A stretch of DNA of 64,000 nucleotides from Spirochaetia bacterium (GCA_965198005.1 CBDAOI010000003.1:448001-512000); one strand, 5' to 3'; shown: positions 34,595 to 46,090, counted from the stretch's first letter. A program made the numbers and translations. The notes: generated by a model not told the origin, from the letters alone.

Positions 34595-35689
34595 TTAGGG
34601 GCCGGTGGTGGCGGGGATCGTCGAGTCGAAGTCGTCGTATCCGGCCGCCAGCTCTTGCGCCCTGTTGATGGCGTTCTCCGGATCGAGCAGGCCGTATCCA
34701 TAGACCGCGTCGACGCCGGGCGCGCCAAGGTCACGAGCCGACTTCAGCAGAATGTACGCCAGTTGCTCCGGGGACAGCGTAGGGCACTTCTGACCGAGAA
34801 TCGCAAGCGCTCCCGTCACGCGCGGCGCCGCAAACGAAGTGCCGGCGAAGCCGCGTCCTCTATTGTCATCCGGAGCCACGATGAAGGCGTTGCGAGCGGC
34901 CCCCGCCCGGGCTGAGTGAGCAACTTCACCGTGCGAGAGCACCCACGTGTCTCCCGTCGGGGCGTAGTCGACGGCGCCTACCACCAGCACGGCGCTCTTG
35001 GCATGCAAGTACCCGCGGTCGCCGACCGGCAAGCCGCTGGCCAAGGACTCGACGAATCCGTTGGCGCGGATCGTGGGCTCGGCGCGGGCGGGATCGCCGC
35101 CCGGCAACGCGGTCGGGAAGTTTCCGGCTCCGTACACGTCCAGGCCCGCATACCTGCCGAACGTTGAGTCGTCTCTGAGGGCCCGCGATTGCGCGACCGG
35201 AAGCTCATCCTCGGCGTCCGGACTCAGCACCCCAAAGGACTTGTTGACGAGGTGGAGCCTGGTGTGATCCACGCCGGCCGGCAGGCTGTCGGACTGCCCG
35301 ATTAAAAAGAACGTCGCGTTGGGCGCGTACCGGCGCGCGATGCTGGCAACTCCCGTACCGTGGCTGGCGCTGCCGTCGGGGTAGAAGACGTCCGCTATGA
35401 CGACCTTGACACCGTGGCCGTTCCAACCCCGGGCATGCAGCCGTCGCAGTGCACGGCGTTCATGGTCGGTGAAGTCCAGCGCTTCATCGCCTCCCGAGTC
35501 GATGTCGTAGTTCCAGTCGCGCGTCGTCGGAGCCGGTTGACCGGCACAGACCTCCGGAGCCGCGGGCGCCGCGGGCGCCGGCGCCGACCCCGACGCCGAC
35601 ATGTCACCCATTTCACAACCGGCGATCGTCAGGATCGCACTGAGAGCCAACGCCACGCTGCCACACCGTGAACACCTGGTCGAACACAT
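34595..35689 (-). CDS. S8 subtilisin-like serine protease lipoprotein
   Basis: TIAGC lipobox; VVIAD, HGTGVAS, GTSFAAPRVTG, DLGAPGVDAVYGYG. Confidence 0.85.
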   Translation of the reverse strand: MCSTRCSRCGSVALALSAILTIAGCEMGDMSASGSAPAPAAPAAPEVCAGQPAPTTRDWNYDIDSGGDEALDFTDHERRALRRLHARGWNGHGVKVVIADVFYPDGSASHGTGVASIARRYAPNATFFLIGQSDSLPAGVDHTRLHLVNKSFGVLSPDAEDELPVAQSRALRDDSTFGRYAGLDVYGAGNFPTALPGGDPARAEPTIRANGFVESLASGLPVGDRGYLHAKSAVLVVGAVDYAPTGDTWVLSHGEVAHSARAGAARNAFIVAPDDNRGRGFAGTSFAAPRVTGALAILGQKCPTLSPEQLAYILLKSARDLGAPGVDAVYGYGLLDPENAINRAQELAAGYDDFDSTIPATTGP

Positions 35690-35868
35690 AGTCGACGGCA
35701 ACGTACACAAACCGGATCCCGCATGCAAGGACAATACCCCACGAGCGATGATTGCCAACGAAGACCAAGCGGGCCGGACAAGGACGGAGATCTCGACCGC
35801 GAGGTCTGCGCTGGTAGTTCGCATGCTCCGTGGCAGCACGACCAAAGTCCTGAACCCATGGACCTTAG

Positions 35869-36000
35869 GGGCCAGCACGTCGGCGAAGATGCGAAGATCG
35901 CCACCAGAATCAGTGCCGGCACGACCACGCCGCCGACGGTGCCGAGCGGCTTCTCGCGCCACAGCCGGACCAGGAAACCGACGCCGACCGCTTTAGCCAA
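35869..36000 (-). pseudogene. DppC-type ABC permease N-terminal fragment
   Basis: FLVRLWREKPLGTVGG..AIFADVLAP, similar to 57760 and 59395. Confidence 0.75.
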
Positions 36001-36090
36001 CGGTCAACCCAGTCCGTCGAGCAAGTCGTGCAACCGGCAAGACCGGCAAGCAAGGTTGATGCACTGACGCCCTGCTGCCATGATGCTCTC

Positions 36091-36385
36091 ATGCGAACCA
36101 CCGTCACGATCGATGATGGCTCGGAAGACGAGCGTGCTCATTTCACCGGTACCGGCGGGCGCTCAGTTCCAGCAAGTAGGGATCAGCCACGTCCCGATGG
36201 ATGCGGGAAGAGCGTGCTGCGGTTTTCTCGGGGCGTCGGCCCACTTCGAGTTCGTGTGCGCCGAAGCTACGTCGGCGACGTCACGCTCACGGCCATTGTC
36301 GACGGGAGCAATCGCACCTTCGAAGCGTCTGTAATCTCCACGTGTCAGTGACCCCGGCCGTGCTGCCGCGCTGCGCTCGAAGCGC
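36091..36385 (+). repeat. VapB-like start (MRTTVTIDD) fused to a duplicate of the 27705-27966 lipoprotein 3' end
   Basis: 36117-36385 is near-identical to 27705-27966. Confidence 0.85.
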
Positions 36386-36400
36386 TACCCCCGACCGGCG

Positions 36401-36462
36401 GATCGGGCTGGAGTTCAGCCGCGACACCCGACGTGACCGCGTTCGAGGTGGCGCCCGGCTGA
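36401..36462 (+). pseudogene. AAA/PD-(D/E)XK copy 6: terminal ~60-bp remnant
   Basis: ggagttcagccgcgacacccg..gcgttcgaggtggcgcccggctga. Confidence 0.85.
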
Positions 36463-36573
36463 CGATCGCGGCCGGGAGCGGACTTGGCGACAACCGGCGC
36501 TCGCACCGCCGGAATCCACGCGCGCCCTGGCCGGCGTTCCGCTGCCGCCGGCGCCGTGGAAGCGGATTGAGGT

Positions 36574-37692
36574 ATGGAGACCACCCGACACCAAATCCAG
36601 TTCGCCGACGCGCGCCGTATGGCCGCCGTCCCTGACACCACGATCGCGCTGGTGGTGACCTCGCCTCCCTACCCGATGATCGAGCTGTGGGACGAGCAGT
36701 TCGCCGCGGCGGACCCGCAGATCGCGCAGGCGCTGGCGGACGCGCACGGGAATCGGGCGTTCGAGCTCATGCACGGGCGCCTCGACGCGGTCTGGCGCGA
36801 GTGCCATCGCGTACTCCGGCCCGGCGGGCTGGCGTGCATCAACGTCGGCGACGCCACCCGCAAGATCGGCGGCGAGTTCCGGCTGTTCTCCAACCACAGC
36901 CGCATCCTGCAGGCGCTGACGGAGCTGCGCTTCTCGGTGCTGCCCGACATCCTGTGGCGCAAGCCGACCAACGCCCCCAACAAGTTCCTCGGCTCCGGCA
37001 TGCTGCCGGCCGGCGCCTACGTGACCTACGAGCACGAGTACGTCCTGATCGCCCGCAAGGGCGCCCCGCGGACGTTCGCACCGGCCGACAAGGCCCGGCG
37101 CCGGCGCAGCGCCTTCTTCTGGGAGGAACGCAACGAGTGGTTCTCCGACCTGTGGCTCGGTCTGGTCGGAACCCGGCAGCTCCTCGGCGACGCGGGGTCC
37201 GACGATCCCGACGCCCGCGCGCGCAGCGCCGCGTACCCGTTCGAGCTGGCCTACCGCCTGATCCAGATGCACTCGCTGATCGGCGACACCGTGCTCGACC
37301 CGTTCCTCGGCACCGGCACCACCACCGCCGCCGCCATCGCAAGCGGCCGCTCCAGCATCGGATTCGAGATCGAGCACAGCTTCGAGCAACCGATCCGCAC
37401 CACCATCGAGACCGCCGTCCCGCTCGGCCGCGCCTACGCCCAGCGCCGGCTGGAAGCACATCTGGACTTCGTACGCTCCCGCGAGGAGGCGGGACGCCCC
37501 TGTCGCCACGTCAACCGCCACTACGGGTTCCCGGTAGTGACCGGCCAGGAAGCCGACCTGCAACTCGTCGCCCCCGGCGTGATCGAAGCCGAGTCGGCAG
37601 CAACATTCACCGCCCGACATGAACCCGCACCGCTACCTGTCCACTCGTCTCAGATCGAGCTACCCTTCGCGAACGGCCATGCAGCGCGATGA
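36574..37692 (+). CDS. Beta-class N4/N6 DNA methyltransferase
   Basis: VTSPPY precedes VLDPFLGTGTT. Confidence 0.9.
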   Translation: METTRHQIQFADARRMAAVPDTTIALVVTSPPYPMIELWDEQFAAADPQIAQALADAHGNRAFELMHGRLDAVWRECHRVLRPGGLACINVGDATRKIGGEFRLFSNHSRILQALTELRFSVLPDILWRKPTNAPNKFLGSGMLPAGAYVTYEHEYVLIARKGAPRTFAPADKARRRRSAFFWEERNEWFSDLWLGLVGTRQLLGDAGSDDPDARARSAAYPFELAYRLIQMHSLIGDTVLDPFLGTGTTTAAAIASGRSSIGFEIEHSFEQPIRTTIETAVPLGRAYAQRRLEAHLDFVRSREEAGRPCRHVNRHYGFPVVTGQEADLQLVAPGVIEAESAATFTARHEPAPLPVHSSQIELPFANGHAAR

Positions 37693-38977
37693 ATTGGCGG
37701 GTCTGATTGGCTCAGGCGAGAACTCCGGTATCGAGTTCAAGCGGGATGACCTTCGCCCCGAGCGGGTCGCAAGAGAGATCGCTGCCCTGCTCAACCTGGA
37801 AGGCGGCCACCTTCTCATCGGGGTAGAGGACAATGGTGTGGTTTCGGGACTCTCCCGTGATCGCCGGCAGGCCGAGGAGTGGGTGATGGAGGTCGCCCGC
37901 ACCCACGTACGCCCGGCTACGATTCCCTACTGGGAAACGGTTGAATGGCGCGAGGGGGTGATTGTCGGCGTCGTGTCGTTGCCGGCGGACGCCCCGGACA
38001 AGCCCTACAAGGCGAAGCGTGGGTCGGCCTGGGTCACTCAGGTGCGTGTCGGAACTATCACCCGCGACGCCACCGATGAGGATGAGATGCGCCTCTATCA
38101 GCAGTCGGGGCGGCTGCAGTACGACCGAAAGCCGGTGCCGGGCACGTCGTTCGCCGATCTTGATCGGCGCCGTCTGATCAACTACTTCCGCGACCTGCGA
38201 CAGCAGGACTTTCCCGATCCGGCGGACGAGCACGCTTGGGCCCGGCTGTTGGTCAACACCGAGATAATGGTAGAGAGCCGCGGCCGGCCGATTACGAGTG
38301 CGGCGGGACTGCTCCTGTTCGGGAAGAACCCTAATCGCTATCTGCCGCAGGCGGGGGTCAGTGCAGCGGCCTATTGCGGAGTAGAGAAGGACTACGACGC
38401 AAAGGAGCGGGCCACGGTGCGGGGACCGGCGGTGTCGCTCGCGTTCCAACGGACCGACGCCGACGGATCACGCTACCCCAAGCAGCCGCGCACGTTCTCC
38501 GAGAACCTCGAGTGGGTCGAAAGCGGCGTGGTCGAACGCACGCTCGAGTTCGTGCGCCGGAACATCGGCCTGGAGGCATGGATCGATGCCGGCGGTCGCC
38601 GGCAGGAGCGCTGGGAGTACCCGCTCGAAGCGGTGCGGGAGGCGGTCGTGAACGCCATAGCTCACCGGGACTACACGATTACGGTGAGCGACATCGAGCT
38701 TTCGATGTACCCCGACCGCATGGAGATCATCTCCCCCGGCCGGCTCCCCAACACGGTCACGGTGGCCAAAATGCGCGCCGGCTACCGCGCCACGCGCAAC
38801 GAGCTGGTGAAAGAGGTGCTGCGCGACTACCTCTACGTCGAGGCTACGGGCCTGGGTGTGCCGCGCAAGATCGTCCGCGGCATGCGCGAGCACAACGGCA
38901 CCGAACCCGATCTGATCGAGGAGGACGACCGCTTCACCGTCCGGTTGTGGAAGCGCGGTCCATCGGTGGGCCGATAG
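37679..38977 (+). CDS. Schlafen/AlbA_2 domain + HATPase_c_4 (RecG-C-like) protein
   Basis: GENSGIEFK, ALLNLEGG.LLIGVEDNG; AVREAVVNAIAHRDY, ISPGRLP, RN, GLGV. Confidence 0.88.
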   Translation: MQRDELAGLIGSGENSGIEFKRDDLRPERVAREIAALLNLEGGHLLIGVEDNGVVSGLSRDRRQAEEWVMEVARTHVRPATIPYWETVEWREGVIVGVVSLPADAPDKPYKAKRGSAWVTQVRVGTITRDATDEDEMRLYQQSGRLQYDRKPVPGTSFADLDRRRLINYFRDLRQQDFPDPADEHAWARLLVNTEIMVESRGRPITSAAGLLLFGKNPNRYLPQAGVSAAAYCGVEKDYDAKERATVRGPAVSLAFQRTDADGSRYPKQPRTFSENLEWVESGVVERTLEFVRRNIGLEAWIDAGGRRQERWEYPLEAVREAVVNAIAHRDYTITVSDIELSMYPDRMEIISPGRLPNTVTVAKMRAGYRATRNELVKEVLRDYLYVEATGLGVPRKIVRGMREHNGTEPDLIEEDDRFTVRLWKRGPSVGR

Positions 38978-39048
38978 ATAGGGTGGGACTGCGTCGGGCA
39001 TACCGTGCACGATGGCGGAGTCTCTCTGATGGATTGAAGGAGTGCTTC

Positions 39049-41352
39049 TTGGCTACAGCGACCAATCTCGGGTTCCCTCGCATCGGTCCGCGCCGTGAAC
39101 TGAAGTGGGCGGTGGAAGCCTACTGGCGCGGGAAAATCGATCAGGACGAGCTGCGGGCGCGGGCGGCGGAGATCCGGCGCGCGAGCTGGCTGCTGCAGCA
39201 GCGGGCCGGCATCGCCCACGTCCCGTCGAACGACTTCTCGTTCTACGACCAGGTGCTGGACACGACCGCAATGGTCGGGGCGGTACCGGAACGCTACGCC
39301 GCGTCCGCCGCCGGCGGCGTGGACCTGGACACCTACTTCGCCATGGCGCGCGGGCGGCCCGCGTCCGCCGCGGTGCCCGGGGTCTCCGCCATGGAGATGA
39401 CCAAGTGGTTCGATACCAATTACCACTACATCGTCCCCGAGATCGACGCGGGCCAGCGGTTCGCCCTGCGCTCACGCAAGCCGGTCGAGGAGTTCACCGA
39501 GGCGCTGCGGCTGGGCGTCCGGACGCGGCCGGTGCTGCTCGGGCCGGTTACCTACCTGCTGCTCTCCAAGTCGTCCGATCCCGACTTCGATCCGCTCTCG
39601 CTGCTCGGCGAGCTGGCGGAGGTGTACGCGCAGGTGCTGGCCGAGCTGGCGGTCGCGGGCGCCGACTGGGTGCAACTGGACGAGCCGGCGCTCGGCCTCA
39701 CCCTCGACGACCCGCAGCGCGCGGCCTTCGGACGCGCCTATGCCCGGCTGGCCGCCGCGGCCCCCGGGCTCAACCTGCTGGTCGCGGTCTACTTCAGCGA
39801 CCTGCGCGACAACTTGGCGACGGCGCTGGCCCTGCCGGTGCAGGCGCTGCACCTGGACCTGGTGCGCGGGCCGGCCGACCTGGACCGGGCGCTGGCCGGG
39901 CTGCCGGCCGGGGTTGCGCTCTCGCTCGGCTTGGTGGACGGCCGCAACATCTGGATCACCGACCTGGCGGCCGCCATCGCCACCGCCCGCACCGCCACCG
40001 CGGCGCTCGGCAGCGACCGCGTGTTGATCGGCCCCTCCTGCTCCCTGCTGCACGCGCCGGTCGATCTTGACGGCGAGACCGAGCTGGACCACGTGATCCG
40101 CTCCTGGATGGCCTTCGCGAAGCAGAAGGTCGAGGAGATCGCCGCCATCACCCGGGCGGTCAACGGCGCCGAGGCGCAGGTGCGCGCCCTGCTCGACCGC
40201 AACGCCGCGGCCGTGGCGCGCCGGGCCACGTCGGTGCGCATCCACAACCCGGCGGTGCAGGAGCGCAGCCAGGCCGTGACCCCGGCCATGACCGAGCGCG
40301 CCCGCCCGTTCCCGCAGCGGCGTCAGGCGCAGCAGCAGGCGCTGCGGCTGCCGCCGTACCCCACCACCACCATCGGGTCGTTCCCGCAGACCGCGGAGAT
40401 CCGCAAGGCCCGCACCGGCCGCAACCGGGGCGTGCTCAGCCAGCAGCAGTACGAGCGGTTCCTGGAGCAGGAGATCGCCCGCACCATCCGCTTCCAGGAG
40501 CAGACCGGGCTCGACGTCCTGGTGCACGGCGAGCCGGAGCGCAACGACATGGTGGAGTACTTCGGCGAGCAGCTCGACGGCTACGTCTCGACCGCCAACG
40601 GTTGGGTGCAGAGCTACGGCTCGCGCGCGGTCAAGCCGCCGGTGATCTTCGGCGACGTGCGCCGCCGCGGGCCGATGACGGTGCGCTGGATCACCTACGC
40701 CCAGTCGCTGACCAGCCGGCCGGTCAAGGGCATGCTCACGGGACCGGTCACCATGCTGCAGTGGTCGTTCGTGCGTGACGACCAGCCGCGTAGCGAGACC
40801 TGCCGCCAGCTCGCGCTGGCGATCCGGGACGAGGTGCGCGACCTGGAGCAGGCGGACATCCGCACCATTCAGGTGGACGAGCCCGCGCTGCGCGAGGGAC
40901 TGCCCCTGCGCCGCGAAGACTGGGGCGCGTACCTCGACTGGGCGGTGGAATGCTTCCGCCTGGCCACCACCGGGGTCAGCGACCGCACGCAGATCCACAC
41001 CCACATGTGCTACGCCGCGTTCGACGACATCATCGACTCGGTGGCGGACATGGACGCGGACGTGATCTCCATGGAGAACGCGCGCAGCGACGGTGCGCTG
41101 CTGGAGACGTTCCGGCAGCACCCCTACCCGAACGAGATCGGGCTGGGCGTGTATGACATTCACTCCCCGCGCGTGGCGGAGACGGAGGAGATGCGCGCGC
41201 TGCTGGTGCGCGCGAGCGCGGTGCTGGCGCCGGAGCAACTCTGGGTGAACCCCGACTGCGGACTCAAGACTCGGCGCTGGGAAGAGGTCGCGCCATCGCT
41301 GCGCCACATGATCGAGGCCGCCCGCGCCCTGCGCGCCGCCGCCGCCGGCTGA
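39049..41352 (+). CDS. metE: Cobalamin-independent methionine synthase
   Basis: LGFPRIG, MTKWFDTNYHY, TTIGSFPQT, HTHMCY, WVNPDCGLKTR; TTG start with AAGGAG RBS. Confidence 0.97.
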   Translation: MATATNLGFPRIGPRRELKWAVEAYWRGKIDQDELRARAAEIRRASWLLQQRAGIAHVPSNDFSFYDQVLDTTAMVGAVPERYAASAAGGVDLDTYFAMARGRPASAAVPGVSAMEMTKWFDTNYHYIVPEIDAGQRFALRSRKPVEEFTEALRLGVRTRPVLLGPVTYLLLSKSSDPDFDPLSLLGELAEVYAQVLAELAVAGADWVQLDEPALGLTLDDPQRAAFGRAYARLAAAAPGLNLLVAVYFSDLRDNLATALALPVQALHLDLVRGPADLDRALAGLPAGVALSLGLVDGRNIWITDLAAAIATARTATAALGSDRVLIGPSCSLLHAPVDLDGETELDHVIRSWMAFAKQKVEEIAAITRAVNGAEAQVRALLDRNAAAVARRATSVRIHNPAVQERSQAVTPAMTERARPFPQRRQAQQQALRLPPYPTTTIGSFPQTAEIRKARTGRNRGVLSQQQYERFLEQEIARTIRFQEQTGLDVLVHGEPERNDMVEYFGEQLDGYVSTANGWVQSYGSRAVKPPVIFGDVRRRGPMTVRWITYAQSLTSRPVKGMLTGPVTMLQWSFVRDDQPRSETCRQLALAIRDEVRDLEQADIRTIQVDEPALREGLPLRREDWGAYLDWAVECFRLATTGVSDRTQIHTHMCYAAFDDIIDSVADMDADVISMENARSDGALLETFRQHPYPNEIGLGVYDIHSPRVAETEEMRALLVRASAVLAPEQLWVNPDCGLKTRRWEEVAPSLRHMIEAARALRAAAAG

Positions 41353-41406
41353 GGTCCGGCCAACGGCTTCCGACGGTTGACCGCCTACTGAGATCTGATA
41401 CGACGA

Positions 41407-41946
41407 CTAACGACGACTATCGAATATCCGCGATGCATCGAGTTCTTTGACGGCCGCTGTTGCCAGCCCCACGGAAACGTGCGGTTTCAACTTGTTTATG
41501 CGTTTCGCACGAACGTCTACGGATTCATCACCATGTGCGACAGTGACATAGAGGGCTGTAGACATCCTCTCCAGGTTCGCCACGCCGCGCGTACCCACAA
41601 ACCCAACGGTGCGAGCGACGTCATCCAAGTGACGGTGAATCGCTTCGCTGTAGCGGGTGATGTGATTCTCCATGATCGTGGTAGCACGCAGTCGAGGACC
41701 GTACGGCGGAGGGGAAGGCTCCTGCTTCAACATTCGGCGGCCCAATAGTCTCGAAATATCCAAACCTAGGTCAAAAGAATACGGACCATGTTTGTACAGC
41801 ACAAATGAATATCCCATCCCTATCCGACAGGCTGTCTGCAGAATGTAGATCGCCTTCTGCACGTGCGTCTCACCGCACCAGTTTTCTGCGTTTCGCAACT
41901 GCAAAACCAATTGACCCAAGAGTGCAACCCTGCTTGATTCTATCAC
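41407..41946 (-). CDS. YwgA/DUF4065-like helical protein, low GC
   Basis: GETHVQKAIYILQ..YSFVLYKHGPYSFDL; overlaps the upstream stop. Confidence 0.65.
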   Translation of the reverse strand: MIESSRVALLGQLVLQLRNAENWCGETHVQKAIYILQTACRIGMGYSFVLYKHGPYSFDLGLDISRLLGRRMLKQEPSPPPYGPRLRATTIMENHITRYSEAIHRHLDDVARTVGFVGTRGVANLERMSTALYVTVAHGDESVDVRAKRINKLKPHVSVGLATAAVKELDASRIFDSRR

Positions 41947-42612
41947 ACTATTCCTCCATAGGACGATGACTCTTCAAGTATCCTTTCGGTGTGTGTTCTT
42001 ATATACTCAAGCACATGAGAAGCCATCTCAGGCGCCACATATACGGAATCGAAACTGAGAGGCATATGCTGTTGCAACACATCGGACACGGATAAGGCAG
42101 ACGTTATGGAGCCGTCCTCCAAGAGCACCGGGAAGTCATGCACTCCACCGCTGTCGTAATTGACATCATGCTTGACGTTCGCCGGAAGAGCTTGGAAGAC
42201 GCTTCTCCCGGGTAAGATCGAATCGACCGTACGCAACGCCGGTATGGTGGGAGTCGCGGAGCAGGTAGTCCATTCGGTCAGCGCCAAACACCGGTCCCGA
42301 AACAATCTCGGTACTATTGCTTCCCATTCGGCAGTGTACTCTGGATTCCTGATTCACGTCGAGACGGTCCCTCACGTCTGAGGTTGTCCTCGCGTAACGG
42401 CATTGAATATCCTGTCGCTACGTCAGCAACCCCCAAAGAATTCTCGAAACGGGAGTCGCACCCGGGTAGACCATGAACGTAGTTGCAAGCTGATGGATAT
42501 GGCGGAGTCGCTGGATTACGGGTGAGTCGATGAGGCCCCGTTCCCGAGTAGTCAATCGCACGAATCCGTGAATGGCATCGCGTATCTCATGGTCTGAAAA
42601 GTCCTGGGCCTA
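41943..42612 (-). pseudogene. HD-domain (SAMHD1/YwfO-like) phosphohydrolase, fragmented
   Basis: Manual translation of about 42592-42430 gives HEIRDAIHGFVRL..IDSPVIQRLRHIHQLATTFMVYPGAT; also GADRMDYLLRDSHHTGVAYGRFD. Confidence 0.8.
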
Positions 42613-42681
42613 CACTACCCACGTTGCTGATGATACATATGATACGAGGATCGTCAAGTAGCGAAAGCAGGGAAAGCGGTT

Positions 42682-43557
42682 CTACCGGTCGGGGGAGGCG
42701 CTGCGGTCGGCCGTGCCGCTGAGCCGGGTCAGGGCGCTGTCCAGGCTGCGCACCTGCGCGCGGGTCTCGTCGTGGCTGCGGCCGAGTTGCAGGAGTTGGC
42801 TTGCCATGCGCTCGCCGGTGGCGGCCAGGTCGGTCACCTCGTCGCGCGCCCGCTGCAGGGTGTCGGCCAGTTCCAGACCGGCCGCGGCCAGCCGCAGGCC
42901 GCGCACGGCGTGGCCCACGGTGTGCAGGTAGAGGTAGAGGGCGGAGGGGCCGACCGGCACCACGCGCCGGCGCAGCGCAGCGCTCAACAGCGCCCCCTGG
43001 GCGTCGGCGAAGCAGCGCAGGTAGAGGGCGTCGCTGGGCACGTAGAGCAGCGCGAAGTTGTAGGTGCCCGCGTCCGGCAGCACGTACTTGTCCGCCACCG
43101 CCGCCACGTGCCGGCCGACGGCGCGCGCTGCGGCCTTGGACAGCGGCGCGTGCACCGCCCCCTCCTCCACCGCCTCGAACGGGAACTTGGCGTCGATCGG
43201 CACGCCGCGCGCGCCCAGCCGGACCACCGCGTCCACCCGCGCGCCTCCCGGCAGCGTCACCTGGGTGGCGTAGCCGGAGCGCGGCAGCCAGGTAGCGAGC
43301 AGGTCCTCCAGCAGCCGCTCCCCCAGCGCGCCGCGCTGGCGCGGCACGGTGAGCGCCTCCTCGAACCGCAGCAGCCGGCGCGCCAGCTCCTCCAACCGTT
43401 GCACGGGCTGCCGCAGCGGTCCGGCGCGGCGCGCGTACAGCAACACCACGATCACGATCAGCACCTCGCACACCAGCAGCACCGCGCCCCCGGCCAGCAG
43501 CAGCACTGCCGCGCCCGGCGAGAACGCGCCGCCCACCAACGCCTGCATCGCTTCCAT
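42682..43557 (-). CDS. rmuC: RmuC-family DNA recombination protein
   Basis: RGALGERLLE, VDAVV, PIDAKFP, FALLYVPSD; N-terminal TM segment. Confidence 0.85.
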   Translation of the reverse strand: MEAMQALVGGAFSPGAAVLLLAGGAVLLVCEVLIVIVVLLYARRAGPLRQPVQRLEELARRLLRFEEALTVPRQRGALGERLLEDLLATWLPRSGYATQVTLPGGARVDAVVRLGARGVPIDAKFPFEAVEEGAVHAPLSKAAARAVGRHVAAVADKYVLPDAGTYNFALLYVPSDALYLRCFADAQGALLSAALRRRVVPVGPSALYLYLHTVGHAVRGLRLAAAGLELADTLQRARDEVTDLAATGERMASQLLQLGRSHDETRAQVRSLDSALTRLSGTADRSASPDR

Positions 43558-43754
43558 CACTTGCTTCCAGTATCGGAATGCCGGCGGAATGCCGGCGGAC
43601 GCCGGCGGCTGGCGGAAGGCGGGAGCACCGGGTGGCCGATTGCACGCCGCGTGACGAGTACCCGCGGCACCCACTGGGCACCCTGCGCGAACCGGGGGAG
43701 CTACGGTACTATGGAAACCAGCAAGCAGCACGCAAGGGGCACGCAAGCAGCACG

Positions 43755-45100
43755 ATGGAAGACACCGGCGAGACCTACACCACGCGGGCGGCCTATGAAG
43801 CGGCCCTGGCGGCGCGCGCGCTGGTGCCGCGCGGATTCCGGTTTGCCGCCGCCACCGCCAGCTTCACCCCCGGCGAGCTCGGCGCCGACGCCGCGCCGCG
43901 GCCGATCAACCTGGCCGCGATTCTGGCGCCGGCCGCCACCCGCGCCTGGAGCGCGGTCCTGACCAGCAACCGGGTTACCGGCGCCCCGGTGGAGCTGGTG
44001 CGCAGCCGCCGCGACCGCGGCCTGCCGGTGCGCGGCATCGTGGTCAACAACCGGGTGGCCAACGTGTGCGCGCCCGACGGCGCCGCGGCCGCCCGGGCCG
44101 TGCTGGACGCGGTCGGCCGGAGCTGCGACCTGCCGGCGGCGGAGCTGCTGCCCGCCTCCACCGGCGTGATCGGCTGGCAGCTTCCGGTGCCCGCGCTGGC
44201 CGCCGCCGCGCCCGCGCTGGCCGCCGGCTTGGCCCACGGCACGCCGCTGGACGTGGCGCGGGCGATGATGACCACCGACGCCTATCCCAAGCTGCGCAGC
44301 GCGCACCTGCCCGGCGGCTGCCGGCTGCTGGGCGTCGCCAAGGGCGCCGGCATGATCGAACCCAACCTCGCCACCATGCTGGCATTCCTGGTCACCGACG
44401 CCCCGGCCACCGCCGCCGAGCTGCAGGACGCACTGCGGCGGGCGGTGGAGACGACCTTCAACCGGGTCACGGTCGACGGCGACCAGAGCACCAGCGACCT
44501 GGTGCTGCTGCTCAGCGCGCGCGAACGGGCGCCGGGCGCGCCGCCGGCGACCGGACTCGCGCCCGCGCTGGAGCAGGTCTGCGGCGCCCTGGCCGCCGAC
44601 GTCGTGCGCAACGGCGAGGGCACGCGCCACGTGATCGAGATCACCGTGCATTCGTCGCTGCCGGCGGCGGCGGCGGCCGCGCTCGGCAAGGCGGTGGCCA
44701 ACGCGCCGCTGGTGAAGACCGCGGTGTACGGCAACGACCCGAACGTGGGCCGGATCGCCGGCGCCGTCGGGGACTTCCTCGGCAACCGGCCCGCGCTCGA
44801 CCACGTCCGCCCGGCGGACCTGACGCTGACCATCGGCGACCGCGAGGTGTTTGCCGGCGGCACCTTCGCCATCGGTCCGGCCACCGAACGCGAGCTGAGC
44901 GACTACCTGCGCGCCTGCCGGAGCGACACCGGCGGCGGCTTCCCGCCGCACGACCGGCGGGTGCGGATCGGGATCCACCTCGCTCCCCGCGCCCGAGTTC
45001 CCGGCACCCGCATTCCCGCCACCGCCCCGGTGTCCGCGGTGCGCGTGCTGGGGTCGGATCTCGGCTACGAGTACGTGCGCGAGAACGCCGACTACCGCAC

Positions 45101-45104
<4 letters not shown>
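43755..45104 (+). CDS. argJ: Ornithine acetyltransferase
   Basis: ASTGVIG, MTTD, KGAGMIEPNLATML, VDGDQSTSD, ENADYRT. Confidence 0.95.

Positions 45105-46090
<986 letters not shown>

Noticed and set aside
38374-39048. N-terminal extension of MetE in the 992-aa ORF
   Set aside because: Overlaps the AlbA_2 gene; the TTG at 39049 has a good RBS. The same reasoning applies to extended ORFs 43578, 44066, 50124 and 22110
38978-39048. Cobalamin or SAM riboswitch before metE
   Set aside because: The gap is only about 70 bp and no riboswitch motifs were recognised
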